Virus record (IMG/VR): IMGVR_UViG_3300001336_000003
Location: 1-64,000 of that record
Source: a virus
Taxonomy: Duplodnaviria; Heunggongvirae; Uroviricota; Caudoviricetes
DNA length: 64,000 bases
Direction: 5' to 3' (one strand)
The notes under the pieces were generated by a model that saw only the letters and a list, made by a program, of their open reading frames with translations, had not been told where the DNA came from and ran no database searches. Below, one piece after another: positions 28,413-39,793 of this stretch; positions within the stretch are counted from its first letter, which is position 1, and each line of letters opens with the position of its first letter. The position numbers and the translations under genes were made by a program.

Positions 28413-28746
28413 ATTTTTCTCCTTTATCCAGTAAACATTTCTATTACAGCCCAACATACCCATAGAGGTGTCAACAAAATTAACAACACCAAAGACAGTA
28501 GGAAATTTCTTTGGAAAGTTTTTATCGCGCCGATAAAGAACCATATTATCAATATGGGTATCAACAGCAATAACAGTGCTTCTATTAGCATATCCATATT
28601 ACGGGGTCATCACATAGAAAGCAAGAAACAACGATACTATAATAAGAAGCTTTGCCGCTTCCAGAATAAAGAACCGAATCATGTGTTTTCCTTTCATCTG
28701 ATTCGATTCTTTGTAACTGTTTTTCTATAGCTTGTCAACACCTAAA

Positions 28747-29862
28747 TTACAGATTTCGCTTTCCATGCCAAAAAGTCGTTACTACTGGGAAGCGAAGTTT
28801 GTTATCAGAAGTTTTTCCTTGATATCTTACTGTCACTTCTGTCCCAATAAGTTGATCGCGTTGTTCCAAAATGTTTTTGGCAAAATCAAATGTGCCACGC
28901 ATTCCAGAATTTTGTGTTGTGCCATCTGGCAGTTGAATTTCGATGGACTTTGCCATCTGAGACCAATTGCCCACACCTTCTACCACATCAACAATCACAT
29001 ATTCCGCATCTTCAAACTCTTTGTGCTTCAAAAGAGTCTTAGAACGCTTGTGTTCATATGGCATATTAGGAACCCGAAGCATTTGACCTTCGTATCCTTG
29101 TTCAATGTATTTGCCAAGCATTTCTACAGCGTCATCGACATTTTCGACCATTTCTGCATGAACCACTTTGATGCACTTGTTAGTCCCTGTAAGTTCAGTT
29201 GAAAGAAAAGAATATCTATCGACATATCCCATAGGCTTAGGCGTAATCACATCATAAACGTGATATTGAACCATGCTTTCCGATTCCATGATATCTTCAT
29301 CAGTCGGTTTAGTTTTTCTAGCCAAACTGACAATTTTTTCAAAATCGTGCTTCAAGTCATGGTTGTATAGTTCGCCATCAAGAACGGCATCTGGATTTTT
29401 TTCGAAAAACTTGGCCAAGGCTCTTTGAATGTGTGGCGAAGATACAAATTCTTTGCCATTTCGCGTCTGCATGTGATATTTGGAAACCAAACAGCGAACA
29501 CCATCAAGCTTTGGTTGTGACACATAAGGGTAGCCAACATCCTTTTTCAAGTCAAATTTTTGTGCCAGCATGGGTTCAACGAATTTAGCCCCACCTTCTG
29601 CTTCATCTAGGCTTTCGTGATATTTGCCTTGATACTTCTTTTTTTCGTATTCGGCTTTCACTTCAAGTGACACTTGTTCTTTAATGCTTGTGTGATTAGC
29701 TTTACCGATATTCTTTTCTTCGGCAAAAATCCAACCAGAAGTGACGATTTTTCCGTCTAAAATGCCAGCATGTGTGCGATATTTTTCATCGTCATGTTCA
29801 ATCCACCAGACACGCGGCTTTCCTTTAGTGTCTAGTTTGTAAAGTTTTTCAGCTTCCGCCAT
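28747..29862 (-). CDS. ATP-dependent DNA ligase
   Basis: adenylation motif I KLDGVRC; size 371 aa. Confidence 0.8.
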   Translation of the reverse strand: MAEAEKLYKLDTKGKPRVWWIEHDDEKYRTHAGILDGKIVTSGWIFAEEKNIGKANHTSIKEQVSLEVKAEYEKKKYQGKYHESLDEAEGGAKFVEPMLAQKFDLKKDVGYPYVSQPKLDGVRCLVSKYHMQTRNGKEFVSSPHIQRALAKFFEKNPDAVLDGELYNHDLKHDFEKIVSLARKTKPTDEDIMESESMVQYHVYDVITPKPMGYVDRYSFLSTELTGTNKCIKVVHAEMVENVDDAVEMLGKYIEQGYEGQMLRVPNMPYEHKRSKTLLKHKEFEDAEYVIVDVVEGVGNWSQMAKSIEIQLPDGTTQNSGMRGTFDFAKNILEQRDQLIGTEVTVRYQGKTSDNKLRFPVVTTFWHGKRNL

Positions 29863-30093
29863 TCCTATTCTCCAATTTCATGTTAAGAATGAAGTTTTCC
29901 ACCAGAAGTTTTGTCAAAGACGCCATACAGACGACAAGGCGTTCTTCTTGCGGAACATCATCAATCATTTCCAAAACGTGTGAAGCCATAAGCATATACG
30001 CATTACGTTCTTCTATCATAAGATAATCCCAATCAATGGGATCTGTAAATTCCGATTCGTAAGCCAAATCTGCTAACTGTTCAAGTGTTATCT

Positions 30094-30936
30094 TCATACA
30101 TACACCAATTCTGCTATGCTTTTTATAAGCTTGACTTCATCCATTGCACCATACCAACCACTAGTTGACATAGCGTTCAATTCCACGACTTTATATTGAT
30201 TTTCGCTAACTAGAGCAATGTCAATAACATACTCTGTTAAACCGTTAATGTCAAGATATTGAATCACCTTTTCAACAAATTTGTCCATTTTACCATCTGG
30301 TTTATGGTATTGGTGCTCATCATCCCAACCATAAGAAGATGAAGTCACTATTGTAGAATCGACAATCCAATAACGATATTCAGCTTCGATTTTCTGTGAT
30401 GGGAACACAACAACCAATTCGTGCGGTGCTACATGTTCAGTTTGTGTTAAAGCATTGACTTCGAATCTAATATCTTTTTTCTTGCAACTGAAACCAGTGA
30501 AAGGCTTCCATGCACTTATAGGTTTAACAAACATATCATTTGGAAGTTCTACCCAAGGTTTGTCCAAATCACCAAATCTATGTATCACGCCATGCCCATT
30601 CAAAATCAAATCAGAAGGTATAATAGTCGAATAATGGTTCCAATCAAAAATAGAATTCATCCCGATTTGTGGTTCGGGATGTCTGTTTGATATAATCAGA
30701 CCACTCGCCAATTCAGGGACGTTACTTTGTATGAATTTGGCCACTTGGATGGAACAGAACACAAAAGATTTGCCTTTAACATTCTTAGCAATTTCAGAAA
30801 TGTTTTCGCGCCATTTTGGATTATATCTTGCGGTGAAATAGATGACACGAACATTATCAATGTCATCTATCACATCTTTTTTGGCAACTTCCGCTTGTAT
30901 GATAACAGTGTGTTTCACTTCGTATCTCCCAAACAA
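30094..30936 (-). CDS. ATP-grasp-like protein (tentative)
   Basis: C-terminal YKVVELNAMSTSGWYG resembles ATP-grasp Mg-binding strand; weak. Confidence 0.3.
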   Translation of the reverse strand: MFGRYEVKHTVIIQAEVAKKDVIDDIDNVRVIYFTARYNPKWRENISEIAKNVKGKSFVFCSIQVAKFIQSNVPELASGLIISNRHPEPQIGMNSIFDWNHYSTIIPSDLILNGHGVIHRFGDLDKPWVELPNDMFVKPISAWKPFTGFSCKKKDIRFEVNALTQTEHVAPHELVVVFPSQKIEAEYRYWIVDSTIVTSSSYGWDDEHQYHKPDGKMDKFVEKVIQYLDINGLTEYVIDIALVSENQYKVVELNAMSTSGWYGAMDEVKLIKSIAELVYV

Positions 30937-31321
30937 CCATCAACCCATTCTTTTGCTTGTGGCGAAAAGATATAAAAAGAACTTATAACAAACGTCAAGG
31001 TTAGAATGATCCTAAAGACCCACCATGTAAACGGACTAGCTACAGGCAACGACCATGTTATGAACATCAAAAGTAGCATGACTGCACCTAGTAGGGAACA
31101 TAATATCATAAAAAATATCACCAAAGCAATAAAAAACTGTATCGTGTAATAAAAAGCCCTGTTATTCATCTTCTTCATCCATAAATTCGTCAACAAGCTT
31201 ATTGCGATAGTCAACATAACCATCCTCAATCAAAGCTTCATATAGGTCATCAACGAAAAAATCTTCCCCTTCTGCTAGTTTCAATGCCCAAATCGCATAT
31301 TGCTTTTTAGTCGCCATTTTA

Positions 31322-32551
31322 TCACTCCGTTATTTCTTTTTCTAGTTTCATTTTTGTGACTTGGATTTCATCCGACGATACTTGTTTGATGTCACTAGAA
31401 TCGAATGAAACAAAGAACATTTTAGAATTTTTAGTTGATTTCATACGATTTTCAGCGGCTTTTTTGGTCTTGAAAACGTATAGATAAGGTGTTTTTTCCC
31501 AAACAGTTTCCTCATCTAGACTATATATAACCCCATTCTTAGGTGAAATTGGCGGCACGAGTTTGCCTTCACTATCGACACTAACAACTTTGTAGCCATG
31601 TAGACGGGTATTTGATATACATTCAAAGTGTTCTGGCATACCAAATTTTTCTACCATGGCAGTGTTAAATGTTCCGCCAAGGAAAGAACCATCATGAATA
31701 AAATATGAATATTTTGCAGAAGTTGAATTCCAAGAAGAACCACTAAGGGAAACTTCAAGATACTTGATTTTTTCACCATTGTTATAGAACGCTACAATGT
31801 CTTCTGGTGGAATATCATGGTAATTTTCTTCACTTATGCTCAAATATTGGTCAAAATCAAACACCAAATCGCTAAGCAATTCAATTGCATTTTCAAACGT
31901 AAATTCCATGTCTTTGCGTTGAAGTTCGATTTCACGACCATAAGAACCACCGATCTGTGCTTCCAGTTCTTCCCAAGAATTAGGCATACCAGTTTTGGCA
32001 ATAGTCAATGCAAGCTTTGTGCTTTCGGGCTTGCTGATAAAGAAACCCTTTTTGGCATACTTGTGAACACGCAAAAGACTATTCAAAGGATAGCGTGTCT
32101 TGTGGTTGAACCTCAATGTCTTTGTGGCAATGTCTGGATAAAAATCAGGATGAAAATTGTATGACTTGGTGTCACAATCAAACGCGCCCATGCACACCGA
32201 AAAGTCAAAATTGTCGTAGATCTTTTCTGGAGTGTCAAAATAGTCATATGTCATGACTTGAATGATAGCACGTTCTTCTTTGTCATTCTTTACGTCATTG
32301 CTTTTGTATGTGATAGCCCTATCAGAAATGTTGACAACAAAACAGTTGCTATCATGAAGCGTGTGAATCACATCTTCAAAGCCTTTTGCACTTTTTGGGT
32401 AAATATCATAATCGTTGATATCTGTTTTTGTTGCTAAAGACAGTATTACACCGCCTGCAATATAACAACCTGTAAGACCAAACGGATCAGGATTTTTTGG
32501 AAGTCTACTCATGCCATTTCCTTTCAATGAATCATAATATAAAGGGCGCAC
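31322..32551 (-). CDS. hypothetical protein, possible nucleotidyltransferase fold
   Basis: GCYIAGGVILS..DINDYDIY loosely resembles GS..D.D NTase motif; weak. Confidence 0.25.
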   Translation of the reverse strand: MRPLYYDSLKGNGMSRLPKNPDPFGLTGCYIAGGVILSLATKTDINDYDIYPKSAKGFEDVIHTLHDSNCFVVNISDRAITYKSNDVKNDKEERAIIQVMTYDYFDTPEKIYDNFDFSVCMGAFDCDTKSYNFHPDFYPDIATKTLRFNHKTRYPLNSLLRVHKYAKKGFFISKPESTKLALTIAKTGMPNSWEELEAQIGGSYGREIELQRKDMEFTFENAIELLSDLVFDFDQYLSISEENYHDIPPEDIVAFYNNGEKIKYLEVSLSGSSWNSTSAKYSYFIHDGSFLGGTFNTAMVEKFGMPEHFECISNTRLHGYKVVSVDSEGKLVPPISPKNGVIYSLDEETVWEKTPYLYVFKTKKAAENRMKSTKNSKMFFVSFDSSDIKQVSSDEIQVTKMKLEKEITE

Positions 32552-33364
32552 TACTACTTAAATTTGTGCTTGTCAACCTCTTTCATGTCAAATTCGACAA
32601 TTTCATACATGTCGATACTATCACCATCGGGTATATATGACGTTTTGATAGAACCCCGCGTAGCACCTAGATTGTGCCAAAGATCACGTCCTTTACCAGA
32701 ACACCACCATCCATCTGGATTGAATTTCTTATCGTGTTCTGTCATAAATTCTGCTTTTTTACGGATTTTATAACACTTCATTTCCACCACCTTTGTTCAC
32801 CAACTTCTTTCCTAATCCAATCAATTTTCACATTCAACTATTGTAACAGGCGCATATCTTACGCTCAAATCATTGTGGTCCACATTTTTATACCAATTGC
32901 AAAATGCCTCTTTGCATTTATTCAGACTATTTTCTACGCAAAGTGGTTGATCCCATTCTTTACCATTAGTAGTCACATATGCTGCTGTAAAGGGCCTCAT
33001 TTGACAATCCAATCCATTTCCAACCAATTTGTATCTTCATCCATCATCTGAACTTTATCGCCATACTTTTTTTCTAGCTGATTCCATATGTAAGCATTGT
33101 TCATACGAAGTCCATATGCTTCTTTATGGCACTTATAGCAACTGCCACTTGAACCATAAAAATTGTAGTATGTTGCGGTGTATTCTTTGTTGTTATACAC
33201 GCTAGTTTCGACTGTTTCTTCACATCTGACAATGCCGCTATTCATACGCCAAGAATCGCCAGTTGCGTATCCACCAGACCAACCTGCTAAGATTTTATAT
33301 ACAGTTCCATATTGTTCTGATGTTAATTTGATAACGACCCAATTATCTGGTGTATATTCATCCA

Positions 33365-33787
33365 TCACTCATACTCCACCATAGGACATATTTTTTCTTT
33401 CCATGCGCGATATTGCATCTTCAAAAGACTTTCAGGCTTTTTAGGGCCATCACCGAACATTTCATCATAGTCGCGTTGGCGCTTCTGTTCGCTTCTTTTT
33501 TCTAGCCAAATAGCTATGAAACCAGCGCCAAACAATAAACCAAAAGCCATTACAATACCCCCGATTACTGGAATCGGATCTAGATAAATGTTATATCCAA
33601 GAAATACCACAAAAATTGTTCCCAAGGTAATGAAGAAAGCATACGTGAGGAGCTTTCCAACAACCATACGCCAATAAGAACAGAAGTCTTTTGGTGCCCT
33701 ATGGGACAAATATTCATCCCAATGTTGACCATTGGAAATCATTTTATAGTGCCACGAATCGCGATTAATAACGTAAGGTTCCATCAT
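33365..33787 (-). CDS. membrane protein
   Basis: two long hydrophobic helices. Confidence 0.35.
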   Translation of the reverse strand: MMEPYVINRDSWHYKMISNGQHWDEYLSHRAPKDFCSYWRMVVGKLLTYAFFITLGTIFVVFLGYNIYLDPIPVIGGIVMAFGLLFGAGFIAIWLEKRSEQKRQRDYDEMFGDGPKKPESLLKMQYRAWKEKICPMVEYE

Positions 33788-33797
33788 ATTCTCCTTT

Positions 33798-34322
33798 TCA
33801 CCAAACCCGCAATTCTTCGATGTTTACGGGTGTATAATTGATCTGTTCAACACAAACGCACTTGTAAGGCCCTTCTGGTGAAGGGTTTTGATGAATATGG
33901 CCGAAAACATTAACCATCTGTTTATCATGTTCTTTGCCGCGCCACAAGGCATTTTCATGCAAAGGAACATGACTCATCAACAAGCCAAATTCAGGAAACA
34001 TGCGCCACATCATCACTTTCTTGAAGAAACCACCAGACGACAAAAACTTGATATCGTCATGATTTCCAACAATAAGACGCTTTGAACCTTGCAACTTAGG
34101 CCAATCTTTTTTAAACTTTTCTTTGTCGCCAAAGAATACATCACCTAAACAATAGTAGATATCACCAGGTTTAACTACAGAATTGTGCCTTTCAATTAAA
34201 CACTCGTTCATTTGATCTACGTTATCAAACTCGCGAATGTTGTTACCTTTATTATCAACAAATGATAATATATTAGAGTGATTATAATGCAAATCAGAAG
34301 AAACCCATATATTTTTAGTCAC
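33798..34322 (-). CDS. calcineurin-like metallophosphoesterase
   Basis: SDLHYNH, GDVFFGD, GNHD, GHIH motifs. Confidence 0.7.
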   Translation of the reverse strand: MTKNIWVSSDLHYNHSNILSFVDNKGNNIREFDNVDQMNECLIERHNSVVKPGDIYYCLGDVFFGDKEKFKKDWPKLQGSKRLIVGNHDDIKFLSSGGFFKKVMMWRMFPEFGLLMSHVPLHENALWRGKEHDKQMVNVFGHIHQNPSPEGPYKCVCVEQINYTPVNIEELRVW

Positions 34323-34339
34323 TTTTCACCTCATTTTTG

Positions 34340-34417
34340 TATAAATATGTTAGTCGCGGTACTACCAATACCCACTAACTCTAGAACCTGTCAACCTTAA
34401 AGAAGGAGTTCCAGCAC
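34340..34417 (+). promoter_or_regulatory. homing-endonuclease cassette leader
   Basis: TATAAATATGTTAGTCGCGGTACTACCAATACCCACTAACTCTAG...AAGGAGTTCCAGCAC ATG. Confidence 0.65.
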
Positions 34418-35263
34418 ATGGATATTTATTCCATATTGGCTTCAAAGCCTCACAATACGCACTACTTAAATAGATATATTAGATTTATTAAGCAATGTCA
34501 ACATAAAAACGTCAATCATAATGGATATGCCGAAAAGCATCATATTTGTCCCAAAGCCAAAGATATGTTTCCCGAATACGCATCTTTTAAAAAGAACAAG
34601 TGGAACCTTTCACTACTTACGCCAAGGCAACATTTCATAGCTCATATACTACTGTGGAAATCATATCCAAATATAGCCAGTATGACATATGCTGCTCATT
34701 CCATGCGAAATTATCAAGACACCAAAGTAAATAGCAGATTATACGAAAATTTGAAGATAGAATTTATAAAAACGCAGTCTACTAGGACTCACAAACAACA
34801 TCTAAACATGTCTATCGAAGAAAAGAATAAAATATCCGATAAAATTTCCACAAATTCTAAAAATTTAGTTCAGGCAAAAACCAAAGAAGGGTTGACTGTA
34901 AGGATAGCAAAAACAGAATTTGATAATAGTGTAAACTATGTTGGTCACACCAAAGGAATGACCACTGTGAAAGATGCTGATGGAAGGTTTCATTTTGTTT
35001 CTGTAGACGATCACAGAATAAAGTCTGGCGAACTTGTTGGACCCAATACTGGAAAAACTTTTAGTGAAGAAGTTAGAAAAAAGTTAAGAAAAGTCAGAAA
35101 GGGAAGAAAACATACAGAAAAAGCAAAGATGAAAATGAGAAAGCCTAAAGGACAACAGAAAAAATTAATATGCCCTTATTGTGGAAAGTGTGGTGGCGCA
35201 TCAAACATCAAAAGATACCACTATGAAAATTGCAAAAATGCAATTGTTGAACAGTTATCATGA
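34418..35263 (+). CDS. HNH homing endonuclease-like protein with the cassette-shared repeat unit and C-terminal Cys finger
   Basis: HNH core EKHHICPK....LTPRQHFIAH; one copy of VKDADGRFHFVSVDDHRIKSGELVG repeat; C-terminal CPYCGKCGGASNIKRYHYENCK. Confidence 0.7.
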   Translation: MDIYSILASKPHNTHYLNRYIRFIKQCQHKNVNHNGYAEKHHICPKAKDMFPEYASFKKNKWNLSLLTPRQHFIAHILLWKSYPNIASMTYAAHSMRNYQDTKVNSRLYENLKIEFIKTQSTRTHKQHLNMSIEEKNKISDKISTNSKNLVQAKTKEGLTVRIAKTEFDNSVNYVGHTKGMTTVKDADGRFHFVSVDDHRIKSGELVGPNTGKTFSEEVRKKLRKVRKGRKHTEKAKMKMRKPKGQQKKLICPYCGKCGGASNIKRYHYENCKNAIVEQLS

Positions 35264-35315
35264 TTAAAATGTGTATCCGAGATCACCCAAATATCTCTAC
35301 TCATCAATTTTCCTT

Positions 35316-35753
35316 TTATTTGTTCACCATTACAATCCATGCCGCAACTACTTTTCTTTCCAATTTCGGAAATTCTTCAATGGGAACAGGCTTTTTAGTC
35401 CAATTATCAGCGGCATAACCATAATGTGCTGTCATCATGTGATCGTTAGTAGCGAACATGATGGGCATCACTTTTTCATAAGATGACCGTTCCGAAAGAA
35501 ATTTACGAATTGAAGGCGGCGATTGCCAACGGCTTTCCATATCAATAGGAATAGCCTTGTAGCCTTGTTCACGAAGAAGCAACACGGCTTCTTCAAGATA
35601 TACGCCTTGAACATCTTTACGAGGCTTGTTTTGCATCATCGCAGCACGACTATGCATGTGACCTACAGGCGCACCAGTAAGAAGTGCAACGGCAGTAGGG
35701 ACGCACCAAGCAGTGACATTTTCCCAACCACGAAAATCAAGAGTGTGAAGCAT
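35316..35753 (-). CDS. hypothetical protein (GC-richer)
   Basis: ORF track. Confidence 0.35.
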   Translation of the reverse strand: MLHTLDFRGWENVTAWCVPTAVALLTGAPVGHMHSRAAMMQNKPRKDVQGVYLEEAVLLLREQGYKAIPIDMESRWQSPPSIRKFLSERSSYEKVMPIMFATNDHMMTAHYGYAADNWTKKPVPIEEFPKLERKVVAAWIVMVNK

Positions 35754-35832
35754 GATAAATTTCCTTTCAATAAGGGGTATATCTGTTTTTCAGTGTCTTG
35801 TCAAGAAAAAGTTGGGGATTTCTCCCCAACCT

Positions 35833-36621
35833 TTAAGCGATTTTTTTGGTGCTTGCGGTGTTGATTGCGCGGTTCAGGTTTACGCGGTCTCCTGCTGCCC
35901 GTCCTGCACCGTGCGCAGTATAGTTGCTACCGTAGCTGAAAGAAGGCATGGAACGAAGCCGTGGGTGCGCTTTCTTGTAAGCTTCATTGACTTCTTTCCG
36001 CTTCATTTCTGCAATTTCAGCAACGATAAGGGCAGTAGAAGAAGATGTTGCAGCGTTTTCGATTTGCATTTTTTCTGCTTGGCGCTTTTCAGACTGGCGA
36101 TTTGCTTCTGCCTCACGCGCCATTTCGTAAAGACGCGAAGAAACACGCGAAGCCATGGAAGTTTGGAAAGCAGTTTTTGCACCGTAACCAACCGACTTGT
36201 TATTCATGCGATAGGTTTCATATTCACGGTCAAGGGCTTCTTTGACAACTGCAACGATATAGTTGGCAAGCTCAACATCGGGGCGGTGTCCAGTGAAGGT
36301 GATTTCGCCACTATAACGATTGTAAACCGCTTTGGTGGAAGTGAAGGCACCTACACCAGTAAGGCACAGGATGATCTTGTGACGCTGTTTACCGTTCATG
36401 CAGGTGGTATCGACAACTTTGTTGATGATATCAAGAACAATGCGACCTTCTGTTTCAGCAAGTGCAAGTTCGGCTTCTTCGATGCTATAGGCGTCCATAA
36501 GCTTTGCAGCCATGGTGAAGGCGCTTTGCATTTCAGCTTCTGAAGCACCGTCATTTTCAGCTTTGGCACGAAGGTTCATAACACGCTGAAGGATTTTGTC
36601 GCGTTGGGTCTGTTCAGTCAT
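35833..36621 (-). CDS. Ala-rich hypothetical protein (DUF2786-like), GC-rich foreign-looking
   Basis: composition; antisense ORF 35752..36543 is an artefact of GC-rich coding. Confidence 0.5.
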   Translation of the reverse strand: MTEQTQRDKILQRVMNLRAKAENDGASEAEMQSAFTMAAKLMDAYSIEEAELALAETEGRIVLDIINKVVDTTCMNGKQRHKIILCLTGVGAFTSTKAVYNRYSGEITFTGHRPDVELANYIVAVVKEALDREYETYRMNNKSVGYGAKTAFQTSMASRVSSRLYEMAREAEANRQSEKRQAEKMQIENAATSSSTALIVAEIAEMKRKEVNEAYKKAHPRLRSMPSFSYGSNYTAHGAGRAAGDRVNLNRAINTASTKKIA

Positions 36622-37035
36622 TTCGATTACCTTTCTTTCTGACTACTCTTGTAATGTAGGCGAATCGATTTGGCTTGTCAACACCTTTTTTGAAAAAAAT
36701 TATCGTCTAGACGATTCGATAACAAATTTTGTTGCAATATCAAATGCTTCACGACAAATTGCTTCATGCCAAGTTAGATGTTTATCACGTTCCCGTGGTT
36801 TATATCTTGTTGGATGTGCCAACATTCCTTGTAATGAAGCCATAGCAACCTGTTCTTTTTTCGTCATATGTTCCATTTTCACTCATCCTCATTTTCAGAT
36901 TTCTGTTCTGCTTCATATATTTTCTTGGCTAATTTTTCTTCATCTTGTGCAGGAACGTAGCCTTTATCGATAAGAAACATAGCCTTTGAACGATATTTCG
37001 CTTGTTCTCCTACCATAAGATTTTCCCATTTCATT

Positions 37036-38142
37036 TTATGTCCTCACCAAAGTAATTTTTTCACTAGCCCGCGTGATAGCAGTATAGAGCCATCTTTGCC
37101 ATTCGTCTCTGAAACACCAACTTTCATCAACGACCAAAACATCATCCCATTGACTACCTTGTGATTTATGCGTAGTGATAGCATATCCAAAATCAAATTC
37201 TTGACTGTCTTTCAAAATTTTCCATTCTGGTCTAGGGACACTCAAATCAAAAAAGCTTTTATGAACCTTAACAAGCGGGGGAATAGATTCGAAGTCGTCA
37301 CTTTGAAGACTCATGTGAATGAAGTTGGTCTTGAATTTTGCGTTTGTCTGTAAAATTTTATCAACAGTAAACATACCACCGTTGAAGATACCTAGTGTGG
37401 AGTCATTTTTCAGACAAATCAATTTTTCACCAACAACAGGAAGATCGCTGTCAATGCCATGCATTTTTCTTAATTTGGAATTGTATTTTTCCCTTGTGGC
37501 ATTTCTACCAACCAAAATTTGACTAGCTTCTTTAGCCATATCGACAGAAATCTTATCTACAATTCTGCTTTCACCGTATTCACCGAAATCAGGAATGCGC
37601 CCATTTCTAATTTCTGTAGCAAGGTAGATGATAGGATTGTCAGTTGCTTGTCTGTGAATTTCTGTAAGCATGATGTCAGGTTGGCATTCTGTGAAATATC
37701 CAGCGCCTTTAACTGGCGGCAACTGTGCAGGATCACCAAGAACAAGAATTGGCTTTTTGAAAGATAAAAGATCTTCTGCCAAGTCTTTATCAACCATTGA
37801 ACATTCATCAATGATTAGCAAAGCACAATCTTTAACGATGCTGTCTTTTTTATTCAAATTAAAGGTCACTTGACCCTTGTCATTAACTTCTGGTTTGTAT
37901 ATTAGGCTATGAATTGTTCGCGCACCAACACAACCATTTTTTCGCATGACCAGTGCAGCTTTTCCAGTGAAAGCAGCATAGCATACATCACCATCAATGT
38001 TATCTGCGAAGTGTCTTGCTAGTGTAGATTTGCCAGTCCCCGCATATCCAAAAATTCTAAAAATTTGCTTCTTTTTAGATTCGGTGTAGAACCACGTGTC
38101 CACAGCTTTCAAAGCTTTTTCTTGTTGGCTGTTCCATTTCAT
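37036..38142 (-). CDS. dda: Dda-like SF1B (RecD-family) DNA helicase
   Basis: GYAGTGKST (Walker A), IIDECSMV, VLGDPAQLPPV, GYAITTHKSQGSQWDDV; start set at MKWNSQ (ATGA overlap with upstream stop). Confidence 0.85.
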   Translation of the reverse strand: MKWNSQQEKALKAVDTWFYTESKKKQIFRIFGYAGTGKSTLARHFADNIDGDVCYAAFTGKAALVMRKNGCVGARTIHSLIYKPEVNDKGQVTFNLNKKDSIVKDCALLIIDECSMVDKDLAEDLLSFKKPILVLGDPAQLPPVKGAGYFTECQPDIMLTEIHRQATDNPIIYLATEIRNGRIPDFGEYGESRIVDKISVDMAKEASQILVGRNATREKYNSKLRKMHGIDSDLPVVGEKLICLKNDSTLGIFNGGMFTVDKILQTNAKFKTNFIHMSLQSDDFESIPPLVKVHKSFFDLSVPRPEWKILKDSQEFDFGYAITTHKSQGSQWDDVLVVDESWCFRDEWQRWLYTAITRASEKITLVRT

Positions 38143-38642
38143 CAAAATTTCCTTACTTCTACAAACACTTTTGGGATTATTGCAAATCCTTCCATACCTT
38201 TGATAACATGACAACTAAAATGTAAAACGCGCTTACCGCGATATGGATCATTGTAATACATGTCGTTTGTCATAAAAGTGTAGTTATCCGCAAGAAAGGG
38301 AGATGCGTCTCTTTTTTCATTCATGATTTCAAAAAATGTATTTTCGCCCATGACAATAACATGTGTGTCTGGCATAACATTTTCGTCATGGTATTTAGCC
38401 CGCGTCCGAATTTCTTCGATGATGCGTTCTGTTATCTGTTTTCTTTTGCTTTCGGTGAAGTCAAACACTTCAATTTTAACATCATCAAAATGTTGTTGGA
38501 TGTAGCCCCACTTTTCAAGATAGCGCCATGCTGTTTTGCATATCCAATCTTTGTATTTGCTTCCAGTCTTTTTAGGGACTACATAGGGAGTTTCAACTCT
38601 TTTATAGCTAGCTTTTATCCTAGCAGATAATAATTTTGTCAT
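38142..38642 (-). CDS. hypothetical protein
   Basis: ORF track. Confidence 0.35.
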   Translation of the reverse strand: MTKLLSARIKASYKRVETPYVVPKKTGSKYKDWICKTAWRYLEKWGYIQQHFDDVKIEVFDFTESKRKQITERIIEEIRTRAKYHDENVMPDTHVIVMGENTFFEIMNEKRDASPFLADNYTFMTNDMYYNDPYRGKRVLHFSCHVIKGMEGFAIIPKVFVEVRKF

Positions 38643-38644
38643 GT

Positions 38645-38884
38645 TTAATCTTGCTCAGCCGTATACAAATCAATGTTTTCAAGGATATAATCGAAGATTG
38701 CATCAAGACCTTCGGAGGTATAACCACCTTTTCCGTCATTGATTTCAATGTCAAGTTCAGCCGCAATATCCAAGATTTCGGCATCGCTCAGGCTATCAAG
38801 GATATCTTGTGCAATATCTTCATCACAAGGACCAGCATAATATTCGTCTGCAGCAATCATGTTACCGTCAAGTGCATTCCACAT
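38645..38884 (-). CDS. small highly acidic protein (possible DNA mimic / anti-restriction)
   Basis: 79 aa, about 30% D/E. Confidence 0.35.
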   Translation of the reverse strand: MWNALDGNMIAADEYYAGPCDEDIAQDILDSLSDAEILDIAAELDIEINDGKGGYTSEGLDAIFDYILENIDLYTAEQD

Positions 38885-38944
38885 GTTTTCAACCTTTCAT
38901 GTCATGTTTGATTAGACAATAAGAGATATTGCCAACCATGTCAA

Positions 38945-38972
38945 GTAGAAAAAGGCGAGTTTCCCCGCCTTT
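38945..38972 (-). terminator. rho-independent terminator (GGCGGGG AAA CUCGCC + U-run on minus strand)
   Basis: follows a 53-aa minus ORF (38978..39136). Confidence 0.5.
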
Positions 38973-39135
38973 TCTTAGAGTGCTTCAAGTAAATCGTTAA
39001 TATCTTCTGGAAGCTTCCCATCGTGTTTTCCGAGTATGGAAGTACCTTCGACTGCTTTCAGCGACTTATTTCTTTCGTCATTTAGACGCCAAACATTTGC
39101 CATCCATTCTACATATTCTTTCGAGTGTGTATCCA

Positions 39136-39432
39136 TTAGTAACGCTCAACCGTAGAAGGAACATATTCTTGTTCTTTCAAAGCCGCACGATTACGGATTT
39201 CTTCAAAAGAATCATCTACAAGAAGTTCACCATCCCTGAAAACAGTGCGGAGAATATTACCTTTTTTCTCCGCAACTTCTTTAGGAACAGTGTGATATCC
39301 ACACGAACCGACACCACATTCGTATACCAACCCCAAACGACCTTTTTTGGAAATTTTTCCTTTGTCGGTAATAGGGTCTTTGAACACGTCATGCCACGTA
39401 CCTTCTGCATCTTGTCTTGCCGATGCTTTCAT
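39136..39432 (-). CDS. hypothetical protein behind late promoter + leader hairpin
   Basis: TATAAATA on minus at 39500..39507, 9-bp hairpin GGTGTGTCC/GGACACACC 39475..39497, RBS aaaggagg. Confidence 0.4.
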   Translation of the reverse strand: MKASARQDAEGTWHDVFKDPITDKGKISKKGRLGLVYECGVGSCGYHTVPKEVAEKKGNILRTVFRDGELLVDDSFEEIRNRAALKEQEYVPSTVERY

Positions 39433-39793
39433 AGCATAACGTAGCCATTGCTAAACCTCCTTTAGCTATTTTTAGGTGTGTCCTCACTGGACACACCCTT
39501 ATTTATACGTTATTATTCTTCGTCTACTAGCAGTTCGATAAGTTTTTCTGCGGCTATCGTCGCATCTTCTGCCATATTCATTGAAGAAAACCCCATAGTA
39601 TTAACGACCACCATAGAGGCATACGCGATGCCTAACATTTCATCAACGTCAATTTCATTATCTTCCAGCATAGTAAGGAATTCTTCCATCTTTTGTGCAG
39701 AAATTGTATTAATTTTTTTAACGCGAGAATCTACTTCATCCAATTCATTAATTTCATCATCGATATTCATTTCTTCGGTCATTTTATATCCTT

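Noticed and set aside
35752-36543. 263-aa plus-strand ORF fully antisense to 35833..36621
   Set aside because: Cys/Phe-rich low-complexity translation. The sense gene is GC-rich, which by itself suppresses antisense stop codons. Treated as an artefact, unlike the methyltransferase/endonuclease pair where codon avoidance would have to be selected.
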